A stretch of 24,159 nt of DNA from a bacterium. GTDB lineage: Bacteria > SZUA-182 > DTGQ01 > JAFGSM01. Below the pieces are notes generated by a model. The model saw only the letters and a program-made list of their open reading frames with translations, ran no database searches and was not told where the DNA came from. Location: positions 1 to 24,159 of the forward strand of contig JBLIRN010000042.1 of the NCBI GenBank assembly GCA_049472315.1, given 5' to 3'. Below are positions 19,212-24,159 of this stretch, one piece after another (positions within the stretch are counted from its first letter, which is position 1; the number at the start of each line of letters is the position of its first letter). A program made the translations under genes and the position numbers.

Positions 19212-19240
19212 ACAGCATAAACCATATGCTGTTTTTCTTT
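19212..19240 (+). terminator. Putative intrinsic terminator upstream of the pilA regulatory region
   Basis: ACAGCATA-aacca-TATGCTGT stem followed by TTTTCTTT. Confidence 0.5.
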
Positions 19241-19346
19241 ATTAATTGTCGTATAGTGCTGTCGTACAGCGTTCCCCCTCATAAGCTTTTTTTGGATTTT
19301 TCTGCCCATATGTGAAATAATGGGTGATGTCGGTTTTGTGTCAAAG

Positions 19347-19363
19347 CCGGTATGTTTTTTGCA
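19347..19363 (+). promoter_or_regulatory. Sigma-54 (-24/-12) promoter of pilA
   Basis: ccGG-tatgtttttt-GCa: GG-N10-GC spacing with TTGCA at -12, about 40 nt before the pilA ATG. Confidence 0.65.
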
Positions 19364-19402
19364 TTGAATTTTGTATAAGGTCTAACCAAGGAGGATAGTG
19401 CA

Positions 19403-19918
19403 ATGATCAAAGGATTACAAGCGCAACGGCGGAGTGAATGGGGGTTCACCCTCATCGAGGTTATGGTGGTCATCATCATGATAGGCATCCTGGCCGCCAT
19501 CGCAGTTCCGATCTATTCAAACTATGTTTACAGGGCGAGAACGAGTGAAGCGGTCACCACCCTGGGGGCAATAAAGACATATATGCTTGAACGGGCAAAT
19601 GCAATGGGAGCGTGGCCCACCCAGGCTGAACTTAACGCAGAATTCAACAATTTTAATGACCTTTATTACTTCAATACGCCGCCTACGATAGTACCGTCTT
19701 CCGTTGCGAGTCCATCAGGCGTTGCTAACGTACCTATAACCACTACACCCCATATTGGAATAACGATGACAGTAAATTCCGCAACATTCGGAACTACGGG
19801 TGATACCCTTCAACTGGACATAGACCCGACCACGAAGAACAACAATGGATGGAGCGGTACTGTGAGGACTAAATGGGCAAAACATTTGCCTGCACTTGCA
19901 GGAACTCCCGCTTCGTAA
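19403..19918 (+). CDS. pilA: Type IV major pilin
   Basis: AAGGAGG RBS, 14-aa leader, G|FTLIEVMVVIIMIGILAAIAVP class III signal, and its own sigma-54 promoter. Confidence 0.9.
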   Translation: MIKGLQAQRRSEWGFTLIEVMVVIIMIGILAAIAVPIYSNYVYRARTSEAVTTLGAIKTYMLERANAMGAWPTQAELNAEFNNFNDLYYFNTPPTIVPSSVASPSGVANVPITTTPHIGITMTVNSATFGTTGDTLQLDIDPTTKNNNGWSGTVRTKWAKHLPALAGTPAS

Positions 19919-20028
19919 GGTATGTTATGTTGATACGAAAATTTATACATTTTAATTAAGCAGTTTTGAATTTTTATAGCTTATTATAAGGAATTTATAT
20001 TGGATTTTTCATTTAACGAACTGTTACA

Positions 20029-20508
20029 TTGAAACAATATATTAATGCTTTATTAGCTTACAATTTTGGACGACATACATCAATATTGTCAGATAGTGCA
20101 AAAGGCTCCATTTTAATAGAGATCATGATCTCCATTCTACTCCTGGGGATCATTGTCATAGGGTCTTTTTATTCATACAGCCTTGTTCACCATAGGATCC
20201 TAGCCCAGCGGGAGCAGAGAAATGCACTGGGTGTGCTGCAGGGGTGGATGGAAGAGACGACATCGTTTCTTCTGAATTATGCCGACCCCAACGACTTGAC
20301 GAATTCGCAGACCCAGTCGAGCATTGAAAATGTTTTGAGGCAGCAGTTTGTGTTGGACATTCCGAATGCCTTTGCTCGGGGTATCACGGTGGTTCCGGAT
20401 ATCGACCTGAGCTCGGATCCTTCAGACAGCAGAATGATCCGAGTACGCTTGCGGGTGACGATAGACGGGTTGCCCACCGCCCTTTACTCCGAGGTATATA
20501 CGAGATAA
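20029..20508 (+). CDS. Minor pilin, PilV-like (start uncertain)
   Basis: KG|SILIEIMISILLLGII prepilin motif with Glu5. Confidence 0.7.
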   Translation: MKQYINALLAYNFGRHTSILSDSAKGSILIEIMISILLLGIIVIGSFYSYSLVHHRILAQREQRNALGVLQGWMEETTSFLLNYADPNDLTNSQTQSSIENVLRQQFVLDIPNAFARGITVVPDIDLSSDPSDSRMIRVRLRVTIDGLPTALYSEVYTR

Positions 20509-20546
20509 ATCTGATAATCGAAGGAAAGGATATCAAAGGACATCAG

Positions 20547-21140
20547 TTGGTAAAAAAAAATAGCGGTATTACCCTCATCGAAATGCTTATCGTTGTCCTG
20601 ATAGCGGGAATGGTTTTTGGTTTTGGGGGTACCTACTTCGTATCGTATTGGCGGGAACATACGGTAGCGGTTCAGAAGGATTTTCTCCAAAGGGAGGCCC
20701 GGTATGCGCTCGACTTTGTCATCCACGGCACCATGAAGCAGGGGGCGAACGGGCGATATTTTCGGGCTGCAGGGCTCATCGGAGCCCGCAGCGTAACAAT
20801 CCTTCATAACGGGATGCCGGCGTTGGCAGGGGAAGAGATCATGCTCCACGATCTTACCGGCTACCTGGGGAGGATCGTACCTGATCCGCCGAATAAACCG
20901 ACAAGGCTGCTTTTTGACCCGGACCCGAATGATAGGGTTATAAACGGGATTGAACACACGATCATTCCCATAGGTGTCTCCGAGGCGCCGATACAGGGGC
21001 CGTATGAGGTGGAGACGTGGTTTGTGAGAACCGCGCAGGACCCCTCGCTGATCGAGATCACCCTGACGCTCACGCAGGATGTGAGGGGAAGAAGCATCGA
21101 GGCGCGGATGACCTCGTCCGCAATGTTACGAAACAAGTGA
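20547..21140 (+). CDS. Minor pilin, PilW-like
   Basis: SG|ITLIEMLIVVLI motif, LQREARYALDF helix and C-terminal LRN. Confidence 0.75.
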   Translation: MVKKNSGITLIEMLIVVLIAGMVFGFGGTYFVSYWREHTVAVQKDFLQREARYALDFVIHGTMKQGANGRYFRAAGLIGARSVTILHNGMPALAGEEIMLHDLTGYLGRIVPDPPNKPTRLLFDPDPNDRVINGIEHTIIPIGVSEAPIQGPYEVETWFVRTAQDPSLIEITLTLTQDVRGRSIEARMTSSAMLRNK

Positions 21141-21155
21141 GAAAAGGTTGAAGGT

Positions 21156-22574
21156 ATGAATTCACGGAAAACCAACCGCACACATTCTCCCCGTTGCCGG
21201 TGCAATCAGGATGGCGTGGTGTTGGTGTTCACCCTGTTTTTGCTGCTCATCATCAGCATCCTGACCATTGCCTTTCTCTATCTCCAGTTTATTGAGGTGG
21301 ATCTCATCGCATCGGAAACCAAGTACCTGCAAACATTCTACCTTGCGAGCGCGGGGCTGGAAAAGGGAAAAAGGGTGCTGGATGAAGTGGCAATGGGTGC
21401 GACGATACTGGATAATCTCAAGAACAGCCCGTACCATACCTATTCGGATCCCAGTTGGGAGACCCCGGTTATGCTGGATTCCCATGTTTCGGGAACATAC
21501 AAGTACAGATATATCCTGAGCAGTACCTCAACACCCTACAAGATCACCGTCCAGGGGATTGGGACGATAAACGGCAGCCAACGGAGGGTGGAGCGCACCT
21601 TCACCTATTCATCGAGAGTGACACCCCCTCCGCCGCCACTTTGGCCCCCGGAATTCCCTGATTACCCCGACGTACAAGATGCCCTCGACAACTGCCCGAG
21701 TACGGTTCGCAATCCCTTGCTTGGGGACTTGAAACGAGCGCCCATTTTTATCTATGCAGACCCTCCCCAGCCCGATTTCCTTACCAATTCATCCGCACTG
21801 GCCGACCCGGTGCTCGCCCCCTACGGTCCGCGGGCACTATCACAGGCGCAGCTCGATGCCCTCCAGGAATGGAGTGTGATAAGCAAGAACAAAATCGCCG
21901 TGGCCCGCAATATAAAGGAAAACGTTAATGAGAAGCTTCTCTACGACCTCAAAGACCCCTTGAGAATATATTATGAGTCCCCATATCTTGAGGAGATCGA
22001 TTCATATGCGTATTCGGGATGGCGATACGATGAGTTTGAATATATCGAAAGGAGAACGATCGAAAGAAAGGGCACCATCATCACGCCCACCATGGTGGTC
22101 AATGAAAACAAGAGCCTCAGACTGGAGCCGGGCACCTACTTCTTCGACTCCCTGACCCTGAAGCAGGGGGCAACCATTACCACCAATGGAAATGTGGAGA
22201 TACGCACCGCCGCGTTAAAATTGGAAAAGGGCGCCCGTTTGATAGGAGGAAGCGTCGAGGAACCCAATCCGCTGAAGCTCATCGTTCTGGGGGAATACTG
22301 GACCGGGTATCCCTACGATTCCACGAAAAACAATATCAAAATCGGGGCAGGCGCAACCGTGTACGGCCATATCTTTGCAACCAACATGACGGTCTACCTG
22401 ACCCAGGGCACAAGCTTTTACGGGGGAGACACCCAGGTGCACGGCTCCCTGCTGGCCAACAGGCTGGTGACCGTGGCGGAAAACGATTCCGGGGTCATCA
22501 AGATTATCTACGAGGGCACTGCCATACCGGATATCGAGGAGGACGCCGGCACCTGGCGGGAGGTAAAGGAATAG
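21156..22574 (+). CDS. Large PilX-like minor pilin with an additional C-terminal beta-rich domain
   Basis: DG|VVLVFTLFLLLIISIL (no Glu5, as in PilX/GspK), QTFYLASAGLE, ITVQG and terminal WREV. Confidence 0.75.
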   Translation: MNSRKTNRTHSPRCRCNQDGVVLVFTLFLLLIISILTIAFLYLQFIEVDLIASETKYLQTFYLASAGLEKGKRVLDEVAMGATILDNLKNSPYHTYSDPSWETPVMLDSHVSGTYKYRYILSSTSTPYKITVQGIGTINGSQRRVERTFTYSSRVTPPPPPLWPPEFPDYPDVQDALDNCPSTVRNPLLGDLKRAPIFIYADPPQPDFLTNSSALADPVLAPYGPRALSQAQLDALQEWSVISKNKIAVARNIKENVNEKLLYDLKDPLRIYYESPYLEEIDSYAYSGWRYDEFEYIERRTIERKGTIITPTMVVNENKSLRLEPGTYFFDSLTLKQGATITTNGNVEIRTAALKLEKGARLIGGSVEEPNPLKLIVLGEYWTGYPYDSTKNNIKIGAGATVYGHIFATNMTVYLTQGTSFYGGDTQVHGSLLANRLVTVAENDSGVIKIIYEGTAIPDIEEDAGTWREVKE

Positions 22575-22577
22575 GAG

Positions 22578-23480
22578 ATGGAATACTTCGAACTGTTCGG
22601 TCTAAACAAGGAGCCCTTCTCGCTCTCGCCCGATCCCGATTTCTTCTACTATTCCCTCCACTACACCGAATGCCTCCAGCGCCTGGAGATATCCATACGG
22701 CTCAGGCGGGGATTGAATCTCATCATCGGGGATATGGGAACGGGAAAGACCACGATCAGCCGCATCCTCATCAACAAGTTCAATGACGAGCGGGACCGCT
22801 TCCTCTTCTATCTCATCCTGGACCCCTCATTCAAGACCGAGTTCCAGTTCCTCTCCGCGCTCATCCGCCTGTTCGATATAAAGGTGACCAGGCGGTCCAC
22901 CCTGGACTACAAGGAGGCGTTGCAGGATTTCCTGTTCAAAAAGGGCGTCGAGGAGGACAAAATTGTCGTACTTCTGGTGGACGAGGGACAGAAGCTGGGG
23001 TCGAGCCAGATCGAGGCGCTGCGGAACCTTTTGAATTTCGAGACCAATGAATTCAAGCTGCTTCAACTGGTGATCCTGGCCCAGCTCGAATTCCTGGACC
23101 TCATCAACGAGCACAAGAACTTTTTTGACCGGATAAATTTTTCCTATACAATCAGGCCGCTGACCGTGGAGGACACCAAATCACTCATCGAATACCGGCT
23201 CAAAAGGGCGGGCCGCGAGGGTGCGAACGGCCTTTTCAACGAGGACGCCATACGCCTGATCCACATGCAGACAAGGGGATTTCCGAGAAAAATCATAAAG
23301 ATGTGCCACCACGCCCTCATCTCCATGTATGCCAAGAACAAAAATTGCATTGATCTCGAGACAGTACAATCCCTCGAGTCGGAACAGATACTCATGGACG
23401 ATGACCTGGTGAGCCTGAGGAGAAGCCTGCGACAATTTGCACGGACGAGCCAGCGACCGCGGGTATTGAGCAGACATTAA
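22578..23480 (+). CDS. ExeA/GspA/MshM-like AAA ATPase
   Basis: FGLNKEPFSLSPDPDFFY, Walker A GDMGTGKT, Walker B LLVDEGQ, LLNFET..KLLQ and GFPRKI. Confidence 0.9.
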   Translation: MEYFELFGLNKEPFSLSPDPDFFYYSLHYTECLQRLEISIRLRRGLNLIIGDMGTGKTTISRILINKFNDERDRFLFYLILDPSFKTEFQFLSALIRLFDIKVTRRSTLDYKEALQDFLFKKGVEEDKIVVLLVDEGQKLGSSQIEALRNLLNFETNEFKLLQLVILAQLEFLDLINEHKNFFDRINFSYTIRPLTVEDTKSLIEYRLKRAGREGANGLFNEDAIRLIHMQTRGFPRKIIKMCHHALISMYAKNKNCIDLETVQSLESEQILMDDDLVSLRRSLRQFARTSQRPRVLSRH

Positions 23481-23495
23481 AGGGACGCGCCGACA

Positions 23496-24159
23496 ATGGA
23501 CAATCTGGACATGGATGAAAAGGAAAAAGAGATAGCAGCCACCAACCGCCTCCTCGACATCATCAGGGGAGAGAAAAGGGGAGGAACGCCTCCCCCGGCA
23601 GGGTCCCTTCAACCGGCCTCGGTACCCGAGGGGGAACGTCAACCAAAGCCTTCGCTTCTGGATGCAGGTGAGGAGCACATGGAGGCGCAGGCGAAGGCGC
23701 AAGGACCAGCCCCCTCCCTTCCGGATGCGGGGGAAGAAAATGCAGAAATACAGAATGCGCCTGTGCCTCAACCGGCTGCATCAGGGGTGCCGACCCCCTC
23801 GGCGGATGAGCCGGAGCAGAAGCGCCAGGCACCCAAGCACTTCCAGGACGAACCTCCCACGGAACCGCATGCCCCGGAAGAGAAACATATACCCCGGCAG
23901 CAGCCTCCCGTTGACCGCCACATGCCTGCTGAAAGGCCGGCACCCCTTCTCAAGGGGCAATCTGCCCTGAAAAAGGAACGGCCGCCGCATCGGAAGGTAC
24001 GGGGGCTGCTGGACCGCTGGTTGAGGCGCCACGAGAGGAAGGCGATCGGCCTCGATATCGGCTCCCGGAGCCTCAAATTCGTCCTCCTCCAGAAGGGGAT
24101 CGCGGGATTGAAGCTGCTCGACTACAGGATCATGGAACTCCCCCCGGGAGGGGAGGGCG
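23496..24159 (+). CDS. pilM: Type IV pilus assembly protein PilM with a ~180-aa N-terminal extension; 3' end outside window, absent from ORF track
   Basis: Stop-free frame from ATG 23496 (MDNLDMDEKEKEIAATNRLLDIIRG...) to the window end. Actin-like motif AIGLDIGSRSLKFV begins at 24042 (aa 183). Confidence 0.8.
   Translation, partial: MDNLDMDEKEKEIAATNRLLDIIRGEKRGGTPPPAGSLQPASVPEGERQPKPSLLDAGEEHMEAQAKAQGPAPSLPDAGEENAEIQNAPVPQPAASGVPTPSADEPEQKRQAPKHFQDEPPTEPHAPEEKHIPRQQPPVDRHMPAERPAPLLKGQSALKKERPPHRKVRGLLDRWLRRHERKAIGLDIGSRSLKFVLLQKGIAGLKLLDYRIMELPPGGEG

Noticed and set aside
19403..19918. Possible electrically conductive (e-pilin) type pilin
   Set aside because: Aromatics are present at mature positions 1, 24, 27 and 57, but positions 50/51 are R/A and there is a long aromatic-free stretch after F76, so it fails the usual e-pilin criteria.
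23662..23970. 102-aa Arg-rich plus-strand ORF
   Set aside because: Alternative frame of the pilM N-terminal extension.
1..24159. CRISPR array, tRNA, rRNA, integrase or att site
   Set aside because: No regularly spaced repeats, cloverleaf, rRNA-like sequence or recombinase was recognised by eye. Dedicated scans were not run.

Overview
GC-rich bacterial chromosomal window whose gene content resembles Desulfobacterota or related anaerobes (taxonomy is an inference). From the left: the C-terminus of a sigma-54 activator, an 832-aa coiled-coil protein with a non-canonical class III nucleotide cyclase domain, and an exported rhodanese. The rhodanese ends in Cys-Gly-Gly-TGA followed by a SECIS-like hairpin, making it a candidate CxxU selenoprotein and the most interesting signal here. 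Next is a long minus-strand run: proS, a hypothetical gene, trpB2, trpB1, trpA, bamD, an NTF2-like gene, and a peptide ABC substrate-binding protein plus two ATPases with no permeases. Between proS and mtaB lies a ~2-kb mosaic of a broken VapBC, an HsdS tail, a TamB tail, intact HigBA and an IS91-like fragment. After mtaB come a divergent promoter region with a possible small RNA and a type IV pilus cluster (pilA, three minor pilins, an ExeA/MshM-like ATPase, and a pilM with a long N-terminal extension that runs off the window). No rRNA, tRNA or CRISPR array was seen. All calls come from manual motif recognition; no database searches were run.
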